DNA of 64,000 nt from positions 800,001 to 864,000 of the forward strand of contig CBDCQT010000012.1 in assembly GCA_965220745.1 (NCBI GenBank). Reading direction: 5' to 3'. Position 1 is the stretch's first letter; each line of letters starts with the position of its first letter. Positions 53,694 through 62,628 of the stretch are shown here, one piece after another. This stretch comes from Alphaproteobacteria bacterium (lineage in GTDB: Bacteria; Pseudomonadota; Alphaproteobacteria; UBA828). The notes beneath the pieces were generated by a model. It did not search any database and was not told the DNA's origin. It was given only the letters and a program-made list of their open reading frames with translations. A program made the translations under genes and the position numbers.

Positions 53694-53888
53694 GGTGCGA
53701 CTCCGCAAGTACCGACCGGGGCTCGTCATTCTTTGATGCGCGCCGCGGAGTCAAGGAATACGGGGCGTGTCATATTCCCGCCGGATAAGGCGACGGGCTA
53801 CCTTGCGTGCGCCGGGGTGGACGGGGACAATCGCGTCGCCAGCGCGCCTCGGCGCGACGCGTGCCTGTAAGGCGACGGTGATCATCCC

Positions 53889-54881
53889 ATGAGCGACCAG
53901 TCCGACCTCTCGAAGCCGTTGAAGACCTGGAGCCATCTCGCCGGCAAGCGGAGACGGCCGAGCGAGTACGAGATCGTCTCGACCAACCTGCTCTGGAGCA
54001 CCGACGACGAGATGCCGTGGGCGCTCTCGCCCGATATCGACATGAACAAGTGGTATCTCCGGTACCGCAACAACTCGCCGCTCAAGCACGACGACTGGGA
54101 CGCGTTTCGTGACCCCGATGAGCTGGTCTACCGCTCCTACAACGTCATGCAGGACGGGCACGAGACCTATGTCGACGGCCTGCTCCGCGACCATGCGAAG
54201 AACGATCACGACAAGGGCTTGAGCGCGGACTGGGTGGCGGCGCTGGCCAGGCTCTACACGCCCTCGCGCTATCCGCTGCACTGCCTGCAGATGGGCTCTG
54301 CCTATCTGGTGCAGATGGTGCCGGCGAGCACGATCGAGAATTGCGCGATGTTCCAGGCGGCCGACCAGCTCCGCTGGGTCTCGCGCGTGGCCTATCGCAC
54401 GAAGGAGCTCGGCAACACACACGCCGATGCGGGCTTTGTCAGTGGCGAGCGCAAGGCGTGGGAGGAGGATCCCTGCTGGCAGGGTTTCCGTGAGCTGCTG
54501 GAGCGGGTTCTCGTGGCCTACGACTGGGCCGAGCATTTCGTCGCGCTCAACGTCGTCACCAAGCCGGCGTTCGACGAGGCCTGCATCCGCCAGCTCGGCG
54601 GCCCGGCCCGGCAAAGCGGCGACACGCTGCTGGCCCAGATGCTCGACGCGCAGTGGGAGGACAGCGAGCGCGCTAAGCGCTGGACCGGCGCGCTTGTCGC
54701 GTTCGCACGCGAGACCGAGGGCAACGCGGAAGTCATGACGGACTGGGTCGCGAAGTGGGTGCCCTTGGGCGATGCCGCCATCGATGCCTATTGCGCCGTG
54801 CTGCCGACGGGCGAGGACGCTGCGGCTGAGGCGAAGGGCGCGGCCCGCGCCTTCCGCGATTCGCTTGGATTCGCGGCTTAA
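53889..54881 (+). CDS. tmoE: Soluble di-iron (toluene/alkene) monooxygenase hydroxylase beta subunit
   Basis: KPLKTWSHL..RRRPSEYEIVS, PLKHDDWDAFRDPD..YR.Y..MQDG.E, HCLQM..AY..QM.PASTI.NC, WQG.REL.E, DWAE; closely resembles TmoE/TouE as I recall them. Confidence 0.9.
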   Translation: MSDQSDLSKPLKTWSHLAGKRRRPSEYEIVSTNLLWSTDDEMPWALSPDIDMNKWYLRYRNNSPLKHDDWDAFRDPDELVYRSYNVMQDGHETYVDGLLRDHAKNDHDKGLSADWVAALARLYTPSRYPLHCLQMGSAYLVQMVPASTIENCAMFQAADQLRWVSRVAYRTKELGNTHADAGFVSGERKAWEEDPCWQGFRELLERVLVAYDWAEHFVALNVVTKPAFDEACIRQLGGPARQSGDTLLAQMLDAQWEDSERAKRWTGALVAFARETEGNAEVMTDWVAKWVPLGDAAIDAYCAVLPTGEDAAAEAKGAARAFRDSLGFAA

Positions 54882-54918
54882 GGCGCACGGACGCGACCAG
54901 CATTTTCGGAGGAATGAC

Positions 54919-56118
54919 ATGCGCAAGGTAATGATCGGCGGGACCGGGATGACCCGGTTCGGCAAATTCCTGGACACGAATCTGCGCGCGCTCGCCGCCG
55001 AGGCTGCGACGGCAGCGCTCGCCGACGCCGATACCACGGCCGACGAGGTCGGCATGGTTTTCTTCGGCAACGCGGCGGGCGGGCTGCTCGGCGCGCAGGA
55101 ATGCGTGCGCGGGCAGGTGGCGCTGCGGCACTCCGGCTTGCTGGGCAAGCCGATCGTCAATGTGGAGAACGCCTGCGCCTCGTCCTCCACCGCGTTTCAT
55201 CTGGCGGTGCTGGCCGTGGGCTCCGGCCAGTGCGACGTGGCGCTTGCGGTCGGCGCCGAGAAGATGAGCAACGAGGACAGGTCCGTGCCGATCAAGGCGC
55301 TGGAAGCGGCGGCGGACCGCGACGAGTTCGAGGCGCTGAAGAAGCGGATCGCCCCCGGCGGCGCCGGCACGGGCTCGGTCTTCATGGACCTCTATTCGAG
55401 CCTCGCGCGGGACTATGCGGAGCAGACCGGCGCGACCGCTGCCGACTACGCCCGCGTCTCCGTCAAGCAGCGGCGGGCCGGAGCGCTCAACGAGAAGGCG
55501 CAGTTCCAGGAGGAGGTCACGCTGGAGGACGTGCTGGAGAGCCGCATGATCGCGGAGCCGCTCACGCTGATGATGTGCTCGTCGATCGGCGACGGCGCCG
55601 CCGCGCTGGTGCTGATGAGCGAGAACTACGCGCAGCGCAAGGCGGCCCACCCGGTGGCGGTGCTGGCGAGCGAGTTGCGCTCCGGCCAGGGCGACGACCC
55701 CGAGGCGCCGCCTGTGGCCGAGGCTGCAGCGAAGGCGGCCTACGAGACCGCGGGGCTCGGGCCGGACGACATCAGCGTCGCCGAGATTCACGATGCCGCG
55801 GCGCCGGCGGAGCTGATGCTCTCGGAGCAGCTTGGCTTCTGCCGGCCGGGCGATGCCGTGGGCCTGTTGCGCGACGGCATCACCGCGCTCGACGGGCGGA
55901 TGCCGATCAACCCGAGCGGCGGGCTGCTCAGCAAGGGGCACCCCATCGGTGCGACCGGCGCGGCGCAGCTCGTCGAGCTGGCCGACCAGATGCGCGGCCG
56001 ATCGGGCAAGCGCCAGCGGGAGGGCGCGCGCTTCGGCCTCGCGGAGAACGCCGGCGGCTGGATCGGCGCGGACGCCGCTGCCGCCTGCGTCACCATCTTG
56101 GGCTCGACTAGGCACTAG
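54919..56118 (+). CDS. Thiolase family protein (SCP2/nsL-TP type)
   Basis: NVENACAS, EIHDAA, NPSGGLLSKGHPIGATG. Confidence 0.9.
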   Translation: MRKVMIGGTGMTRFGKFLDTNLRALAAEAATAALADADTTADEVGMVFFGNAAGGLLGAQECVRGQVALRHSGLLGKPIVNVENACASSSTAFHLAVLAVGSGQCDVALAVGAEKMSNEDRSVPIKALEAAADRDEFEALKKRIAPGGAGTGSVFMDLYSSLARDYAEQTGATAADYARVSVKQRRAGALNEKAQFQEEVTLEDVLESRMIAEPLTLMMCSSIGDGAAALVLMSENYAQRKAAHPVAVLASELRSGQGDDPEAPPVAEAAAKAAYETAGLGPDDISVAEIHDAAAPAELMLSEQLGFCRPGDAVGLLRDGITALDGRMPINPSGGLLSKGHPIGATGAAQLVELADQMRGRSGKRQREGARFGLAENAGGWIGADAAAACVTILGSTRH

Positions 56119-56230
56119 CGCGGCGGCCACGAGAGGGCAGAACCAGAAGGGACCGGGCCGTCAGGCCCGGAGCGCGCGACCGCACGCCGCGCGCCCGGCG
56201 ATTGAGGGAAATGAAGAGGGGGAGAGGGGC

Positions 56231-57013
56231 ATGAGCGAGAGCGCCGTGCTGGTCGAGACCGCGGGCAGGGCAGGGGTCATCACCATCAACCGGCCGGAGC
56301 GGCTGAACGCGCTCGACGTGCCGACCTGTGGCGCTCTCGATGACGCCGTGAGCCAGGTGGAGGCGGACGAGGCGGTGCGGGTCGTGGTGTTCACCGGCGC
56401 GGGCCGCGCGTTCGTGGCCGGCGGCGATATCGCCGATCTCGGCTCGCGACAGGGCCTCGCCCACTACGAGGAGTTCGCGGCGCCGATCCATCGCCTCTTC
56501 CGCCGGATCGAGACCCTGGACAAGCCCACAATCGCCGCCGTCAACGGCTTCGCGCTCGGTGGCGGCGCGGAACTCATGCTGTCCACCGACATCCGGGTGC
56601 TCTCCTCGGTGGCCAAGATCGGCGTGCCCGAGATCAATCTCGGGCTCTTCCCCGGTGCCGGGGGCTCGCAGCGCCTGATCCGCCAGATACCGCTCTGCCG
56701 CGCCAAGGAGATGATGTTCTCCGGCGCACCCATCGGCGCCGAAGAGGCGGTGGCGCTCGGCCTCGCCAATCGGGTGGTCGAGCCGGAGGCGCTGATGGAG
56801 GAGGCGCTGGCGCTCGCCGAGAAGATCGCGGACAAGTCGCCGCTGGTGCTGCGCCTGCTCAAGCGCACCATCGACGCCGGCGCCGACATGCCGCTGCCGG
56901 CGGCGCTCGCCCACGAGCAGGCCATGATCTCGCTGGTGCTCGACAGTGAGGACGCGCACGAGGGCTGCCAGGCGTTTCTGGATAAGCGCAAGGCCAGCTT
57001 CAAGGGCGCCTGA
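56231..57013 (+). CDS. Enoyl-CoA hydratase/isomerase
   Basis: NRPERLNAL, AFVAGGDI, ALGGGAEL, PEINLG.FPG.GG. Confidence 0.92.
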   Translation: MSESAVLVETAGRAGVITINRPERLNALDVPTCGALDDAVSQVEADEAVRVVVFTGAGRAFVAGGDIADLGSRQGLAHYEEFAAPIHRLFRRIETLDKPTIAAVNGFALGGGAELMLSTDIRVLSSVAKIGVPEINLGLFPGAGGSQRLIRQIPLCRAKEMMFSGAPIGAEEAVALGLANRVVEPEALMEEALALAEKIADKSPLVLRLLKRTIDAGADMPLPAALAHEQAMISLVLDSEDAHEGCQAFLDKRKASFKGA

Positions 57014-57016
57014 GCG

Positions 57017-58189
57017 GTGGAGGTCCAGTTCTCCGAGGAGCAGGCGCTGATGCTCGAGACGGCGCGGCGCATCGGCGCCGCGTACGGTCTCGACTATTGG
57101 CGTGCGCTGGACGAAGAGGGCGCCTACCCAAGCGCGATGTGGCAGGCGATCTGCGACGCGGGTTTTGGGGGCATCGCGCTGCCGGAGGAGTATGGCGGCG
57201 CCGGGCTCGGGATGCTCGACCAGGCTTTGGTGATCGAGGCGCTCTGCGAGGCGGGGGCGGGCAGCACGCTCGCACAGATCTTCATGGTGAACCCGATCTT
57301 CGGCGGCGTCGCCATCGCGCGATACGGCACGGAGGCGATGCGCCGCGAGTTGCTGCCGCCGCTCATCGCCGGCGACATCCAGTGCTGCATGGCGCTCACC
57401 GAGCCCGACGCCGGCACCAACAGCCTGGAGCTTCGCACCTTCGCCGAGGCCCACGGCAACGGCTGGCGCCTCAACGGCCGCAAGATTTGGATCTCGGCCG
57501 TGCCGACGGCGGACAAGATGCTGGTGGTGGCCCGCACCAAGAAGGTCGAGGAGTCGCAGCGCAGGACCGACGGCATCTCGCTCTTCCTCGTCGACGTGAA
57601 GCGCGAAGGGCTGACCCACTCCACCATCGAGAAGGCCGGCACCCATTGCGTGCCGGCGAGCAACGTCTATTTCGAGAACACGCCGGTGGCGGGCGACGAG
57701 CTGGTCGGCGCGCTCCACGGCGGCTGGAAGGAGCTGCTTGACGTGCTCAACACCGAGCGCATCGTCACCGCCGCCGGTCTGGTGGGCACGGTGCGGCTGG
57801 CGCTCGGTCTCGCGGTCGATTACGCCAACGAGCGCCGCGTGTTCGGAGACCGGCCGATCGCCTCGTACCAGGGGCTGCAGTTCCCGCTCGCCCAGGCCAA
57901 GGCGGAGATCGAGTGCGCCGCGGTAATGAACCACAAGGCCGCCGCGCTGCACGACGCCGGCCTGCCCTACGGCGCGGAGGCCAACATGGCCAAGCTCATC
58001 GCCGCCCAGGCGGCGGCCGAGGGGCTCGAGCGCGCGATGCAGACCATGGGCGGCATGGGCTACGCCAAGGAGATGCACCTGGAGCGGCTCTGGCGCGACG
58101 CGCGGCTCTTCCGCTTCGCGCCCGTCTCGGAGGAGATGATCCTCAACTACATCGCCGTGCACGACCTCGGCATGGCGCGGGGGTATTGA
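57017..58189 (+). CDS. Acyl-CoA dehydrogenase
   Basis: LPEEYGG, ALTEPDAGT, NGRKIWIS, LNTER, GGMGY. Confidence 0.93.
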   Translation: MEVQFSEEQALMLETARRIGAAYGLDYWRALDEEGAYPSAMWQAICDAGFGGIALPEEYGGAGLGMLDQALVIEALCEAGAGSTLAQIFMVNPIFGGVAIARYGTEAMRRELLPPLIAGDIQCCMALTEPDAGTNSLELRTFAEAHGNGWRLNGRKIWISAVPTADKMLVVARTKKVEESQRRTDGISLFLVDVKREGLTHSTIEKAGTHCVPASNVYFENTPVAGDELVGALHGGWKELLDVLNTERIVTAAGLVGTVRLALGLAVDYANERRVFGDRPIASYQGLQFPLAQAKAEIECAAVMNHKAAALHDAGLPYGAEANMAKLIAAQAAAEGLERAMQTMGGMGYAKEMHLERLWRDARLFRFAPVSEEMILNYIAVHDLGMARGY

Positions 58190-58309
58190 GGCAGGCCGGC
58201 TGATCTGACGAGCAGCGGGGCAACGAAGGCACCCCCACCTTGTATCTCGTCCACTCGCCGTCGGGGTTATTGTGATGGCGTTGGACGCGGGCGGGAGACC
58301 GATCCACCT

Positions 58310-58580
58310 CTAGCCCGTATTTCTCACCACGGTCATGGCCTGCGCGGCGTTATCCGGCCGACAGGGTAGGAACGGCGCGCAGCGCGATGTGGTGCATCGG
58401 GCAAGCGCCGTGACGCACGCTGTCGGCCGGAGAGCGCCGCCCTTCGGGTCGCGCCCAGGCGCCCGCCCGCGGCGTCGCGAGCCTCAACCGTAGGCACCGC
58501 TACGCTTTTCGGCCCGCTCCTGGCGGATCGAACGCCTGGGCGCGACGCAGGCCGTGACCCTGGTGAGAAATGCGGGCTAG
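58310..58580. mobile_element. Putative MITE / non-autonomous element with ~31-bp TIRs flanked by CTAG
   Basis: CTAGCCCGTATTTCTCACCACGGTCATGGCCTGCG (58310-58344) vs reverse complement of 58546-58580 CTAGCCCGCATTTCTCACCAGGGTCACGGCCTGCG: 32/35 identity; no ORF. Confidence 0.8.
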
Positions 58581-58616
58581 TCTCGACATCGACGCGGGCC
58601 AATCAGGGAGGCACCC

Positions 58617-59642
58617 ATGCGCATCTACAACTACAAGAAGGGGACGGCGCGACGGCTCGCGGTAGAGGATGACAAGGAGCTGGTCGACCCGATCGATGCG
58701 CTGGGCGGTAAGAGCAAGCTCGCTGCGCGGGACCGCGAGGCGCTCGCCGACACGATCTCTTTCATCGAATCCGGGGAGCGGGGCTTGCGCCTCGCGCGCA
58801 AGGCGATCCGCGAAAGTCGCGGCAGCGGCAAGGGCCGCCGCAGCCTGGCCCGGACCACGCTGTTCGCGCCCGTAGAGCCCGCGGTCATCCTGTGTTCGGG
58901 AGAGAACTACTGGGATCATCGGGACGAGAAGCCGGTGGTCGAGGGCAAGGAACCCGAGTTCTTCATCAAGCTCCAGCAATGTGCCAACGGCCCATACGAC
59001 GACATCGTCTACGAGCCGAAGATCACCCGGAAGCTGGACTACGAAACCGAGCTTGCGATCGTCATCGGCAAGGGCGGGCGCCACATCACCAAGCGGGATG
59101 CGATGAAGCACATATTCGGCTTCACCGTCATGAACGATGTCACGGCCCGGGACCGGCAGGTCAAGATGCGGCCCGACGGCACCTCGCAATACGCACTCGG
59201 ACCGGGCAAGAACTTCGATACCTCCGCGCCGCTCGGCCCCTGCATCGTCACGACGGACGAGCTTGGCAACCCACAAAAGCTGGCGCTCCACACCTGGGTC
59301 AACGACGAGCTGCGCCAAAACAACACCACCGCGATGATGATCTGGAACGTCCGGGAGCTGGTCCATTTCTTTTCGGGCTTCGTCACCCTGAAACCGGGTT
59401 CGGTGATTTCCACGGGCACGCCGGGCGGAACCGCGTGGGGAAGCGATCCCGAGCTGGGCGGACGCGGTGCCCTGACCGAACGCGAAGACATCGCGCTCGC
59501 CGGGGGCTATCTCAAGGTCGGCGATGTGGTCACTAGTGAGATCGAAGGCATCGGCCGCCTGCGGGCCAGGGTCGTGCAATCCGGGCATTCGCGGAGGAAA
59601 GCCTCGGCCAGCATCAAGCCCGCGCGTAATCGAAGGGTCTAG
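58617..59642 (+). CDS. Fumarylacetoacetate hydrolase family protein
   Basis: GENY..H, LDYETEL, NDVTARD, GKNFDT, TGTPGG. Confidence 0.92.
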   Translation: MRIYNYKKGTARRLAVEDDKELVDPIDALGGKSKLAARDREALADTISFIESGERGLRLARKAIRESRGSGKGRRSLARTTLFAPVEPAVILCSGENYWDHRDEKPVVEGKEPEFFIKLQQCANGPYDDIVYEPKITRKLDYETELAIVIGKGGRHITKRDAMKHIFGFTVMNDVTARDRQVKMRPDGTSQYALGPGKNFDTSAPLGPCIVTTDELGNPQKLALHTWVNDELRQNNTTAMMIWNVRELVHFFSGFVTLKPGSVISTGTPGGTAWGSDPELGGRGALTEREDIALAGGYLKVGDVVTSEIEGIGRLRARVVQSGHSRRKASASIKPARNRRV

Positions 59643-59692
59643 TTGGTCCGCCGTGTAACGCGCGAGAGGGCGGGAGAGGGAGTCGCCCTCCC

Positions 59693-60451
59693 TCAGTTCA
59701 CATTCGCCGCCTCGCCCAGGGTCGGGCCGATTTCGCGGTTTATGACGAGGTCGGCGATGCCGTCGAGGTCCGTGGGCTCGCGGTTCAGGATGACGAGGGT
59801 GGAGCCGGATTCTTTGGCGAGCCCAGGCAACCCGGCGGCGGGGTAAACGACGAGCGACGAGCCGATGGCGAGGAAGAGGTCGCAGGCTAGCGTCTCGCGC
59901 TTCGCGCGCCTCATCTCGTCCTCCGGCATCGCCTGGCCGAAGGAGATCGTCGCCGTCTTGACCGGCGCTCCGCACAGCGTGCATACGGGCGGCACGGAGT
60001 CCCTCTCGAACGCCTCCTTGATCGGAGCAAGCTCGTAGCGGGTCTCGCAGGCGACGCATTTCGCAAAGCTGCCGTTGCCGTGGAGCTCGATCACCTTCTC
60101 CTCAGGTACGCCCGAATCCTGGTGCAGGTTGTCAATGTTCTGGGTGATCACGCTTGAGACCTTGCCGATTCGGACCAGCTTGGCGACCGCCCGGTGCCCG
60201 CGGTTGGGCGTGGCGTCGACGATGTCCCGGTCAACCAGCAACTTGCGCCGCCAGGCCTCGATGCGCGCGTCTTCGGAGGCGAGGAACTCCTGGTAATAGA
60301 TCGGCGTGGTCTGCGACCAGATACCGGTCGGGCTGCGGAAGTCCGGGATGCCCGACTCGGTCGATATCCCGGCGCCGGTAAAGACGACCGCCCGGCGCGC
60401 GTCCGCGATCATCCCGGCGAGGCGCTCGATATCGGCGCGGGCGTCCTCCAT
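59693..60451 (-). CDS. cobB: Sir2-family NAD-dependent deacylase
   Basis: TGAGISTESGIPDFR, TQNIDNLHQ, ELHG, two CxxC, GSSL.VYPAA. Confidence 0.93.
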   Translation of the reverse strand: MEDARADIERLAGMIADARRAVVFTGAGISTESGIPDFRSPTGIWSQTTPIYYQEFLASEDARIEAWRRKLLVDRDIVDATPNRGHRAVAKLVRIGKVSSVITQNIDNLHQDSGVPEEKVIELHGNGSFAKCVACETRYELAPIKEAFERDSVPPVCTLCGAPVKTATISFGQAMPEDEMRRAKRETLACDLFLAIGSSLVVYPAAGLPGLAKESGSTLVILNREPTDLDGIADLVINREIGPTLGEAANVN

Positions 60452-60643
60452 CTCAGCCGCGCTCCGGGGCAGTCACTTCTCAATCTCCCATAGTGCTATC
60501 GCCGGTCACGCGCTCAAGCAGGTCCAACTGGCAGAGCTCGTCAAGAGCAGCATCACCTTCGGGATGATCGGCCTACCCCATTGAGTAGTCTAGTTTCGAA
60601 GTTGGTTGCGGCCTGTCGCCCGTCCGCCGAAAGCGGACGCGCT

Positions 60644-61507
60644 CTACCGATGCTTCTCCAGGAACGCGCTGACGGCGGCGTGGTAGCCTTGCGGGTTCTC
60701 CCAGAACGGCATGTGGGCGCAGCCGGGGAAGAACGCGTACTCCGAGTTCGGCAGGTATTGGCATGAGACGGCGCAGAGCTCCGGTAGGACGTAGTCGTGC
60801 TCGCTGGCGACGACCAGCACGGGCGTCGTCACGCGGTGCAGATCGCCCATGCGGTCGTACCAGCGGAGCGTGCCGGTACAGTTGAAGAGGTGCGGGCCGA
60901 ACATATGCCGCAGCGGGCCGTAGCCGATGTCGCCGAGGGACTTCTGCACTGGCTCGGGCCAGGTCTCCATCCGGCACATGTGCCGGTAGAGCATGATGGT
61001 CACGGCCGCCTGATATTCTGGGTGCTCGGTGGTGCCTTCGGATTCGCGGCGCGCCATCATGCGCACGGTCTCGTCGCCGAGGTTCTGCTTGCAACGGAGG
61101 AAGCCCGCCTGAACCTCGCGGAAGTCGTAGGCGATGCTGCTGGAGACGAAGCACTTCACGTTGTCGGGATGGGCGAGGCAGTATTCGAGGCCGAGCATCC
61201 CGCCCCACGAGTTGCCCACCACGGCGACACGGCCGAGGCCGAGGGCGCTACGCACCGTCTCCATCTCTTCCACGTAGCGCTCCACGGTCCAGAGCGCATC
61301 GTCGTCCGGCCGGTCGGACTCGCCGCAGCCGAGCTGATCCCACGAGACCACGCGGTAGCCCTGGTCCGCGTAGCGCAGGTGTGCGTTGCGCACGTAGTTG
61401 CACGGCACCCCTGGCCCGCCGTGGACCACCAGGATGACGTCGTCACCCGCGCCTTCGCTGAACGCCGTAACCGAATGCGTGCCGACGCGCACCGGAATTC
61501 GCTCCAT
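60644..61507 (-). CDS. Proline iminopeptidase-family hydrolase / L-amino acid amidase
   Basis: HGGPG, DQLGCGESD.P, GNSWGG, HMPFWE. Confidence 0.9.
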   Translation of the reverse strand: MERIPVRVGTHSVTAFSEGAGDDVILVVHGGPGVPCNYVRNAHLRYADQGYRVVSWDQLGCGESDRPDDDALWTVERYVEEMETVRSALGLGRVAVVGNSWGGMLGLEYCLAHPDNVKCFVSSSIAYDFREVQAGFLRCKQNLGDETVRMMARRESEGTTEHPEYQAAVTIMLYRHMCRMETWPEPVQKSLGDIGYGPLRHMFGPHLFNCTGTLRWYDRMGDLHRVTTPVLVVASEHDYVLPELCAVSCQYLPNSEYAFFPGCAHMPFWENPQGYHAAVSAFLEKHR

Positions 61508-61575
61508 TTCGTTCTCCCCGCCCGCCAGTGCGGACACCGTGTGCTACGCTCGGCTGCCGGCCACAGGAGCAGACC

Positions 61576-62403
61576 GTGCGCGCAGCCTTCATCGATATCG
61601 ACGGTACCCGCACACGTTATCTTTATGAAGGCGATGCAGGCGAAACCCTGCTTCTCATTCATGGATTCGGGCTCAGCGCCGACATCTGGGCGCATGTTCT
61701 CGACCCGCTGGCGGTACACTTCTCCGTGTATGCGCCCGACATCCTCGGCCACGGCTTCACCGACTTCAAAGAGCCCGGCGACGAGGCCGCGCCGCTGGTG
61801 ATGACCCGGCACCTCGAGGGCTTCATGGACGCGGTGGGGATCGAGCGCTGTGCCGTGCTCGGCAGCTCGCTCGGCGGCCTGCTGGCGCCGCTGCTCTATG
61901 CCGCGCGGCCGGAGAGCATCACGGCGCTGATCATCGACGGCTTGCACACGCCCGTCTCCGATACCGGCAAGCTGCCGCCGGAGACGATCAAGGCGACCAT
62001 GGCCAACGGCACCACGGCAATGACCGACGTGACCTGGCAATCGTGCATCGACCGCATGGGGCGAATCTGCCACGACCCCGCGCGCTCGCCCGCCGACATC
62101 GCGCTGATGCAGGTCACGGTCTACGCCCAGCCCGACCGGCTGCCGGCCTACCTCGCCTACGGCCAGAGCATGATCGACCATGTGGACGACGAGGCGGTGC
62201 GGATGCGGCCCGAAACCATCGCGGTGCCGACGCTCTTCCTCAGCGGCCGGCAGGACATCCGTGCACCCATCGAGGTGATCGAGAAGAACTACCGGCGCGT
62301 TCCCGGCGCAAGCCTCAGCGTGTTCGAGGAATGCGGGCACCTGCCCGAGGTGGAGCATCCTGAAAAATTCGTGGAAACGGTGACGGCGTTCCTGCAGGGA
62401 TAG
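61576..62403 (+). CDS. Alpha/beta hydrolase (meta-cleavage product hydrolase-like)
   Basis: LIHGFG, PDILGHG, GSSLGG, CGHLPEVE; GTG start after AGGAG. Confidence 0.85.
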   Translation: MRAAFIDIDGTRTRYLYEGDAGETLLLIHGFGLSADIWAHVLDPLAVHFSVYAPDILGHGFTDFKEPGDEAAPLVMTRHLEGFMDAVGIERCAVLGSSLGGLLAPLLYAARPESITALIIDGLHTPVSDTGKLPPETIKATMANGTTAMTDVTWQSCIDRMGRICHDPARSPADIALMQVTVYAQPDRLPAYLAYGQSMIDHVDDEAVRMRPETIAVPTLFLSGRQDIRAPIEVIEKNYRRVPGASLSVFEECGHLPEVEHPEKFVETVTAFLQG

Positions 62404-62552
62404 CCCGGACCATAGTGCGGTGCACGGCGCCCGGTGTGCGCGCCAGGATCGTGCCATGCAGCGTGCCAACGAGCAGACCCCCGAAGGGCGCCAGCCATCC
62501 CGAGGTATCCCTCCTATCCCGCTTAATCCCGGCGAATTCTGGAAGAAATTAA
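62404..62552 (+). repeat. Second copy of the dispersed element at 22466-22728
   Basis: 26/27-bp match CCCGGACCAT(A/G)GTGCGGTGCACGGCGC, similar following ~45 bp, then four ATCCC units. Confidence 0.75.
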
Positions 62553-62628
62553 GGTTTGCTGGACTGGGACGGCCGAACTGAACTGCGACTGTGGTGAGAT
62601 TCTCGGCCCGGTACGGCCGTTCGTGGCC

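Noticed and set aside
59693-60451. Sir2-based antiphage system (Thoeris/DSR)
   Set aside because: Canonical short Zn-binding CobB-type sirtuin with no defence partners nearby.
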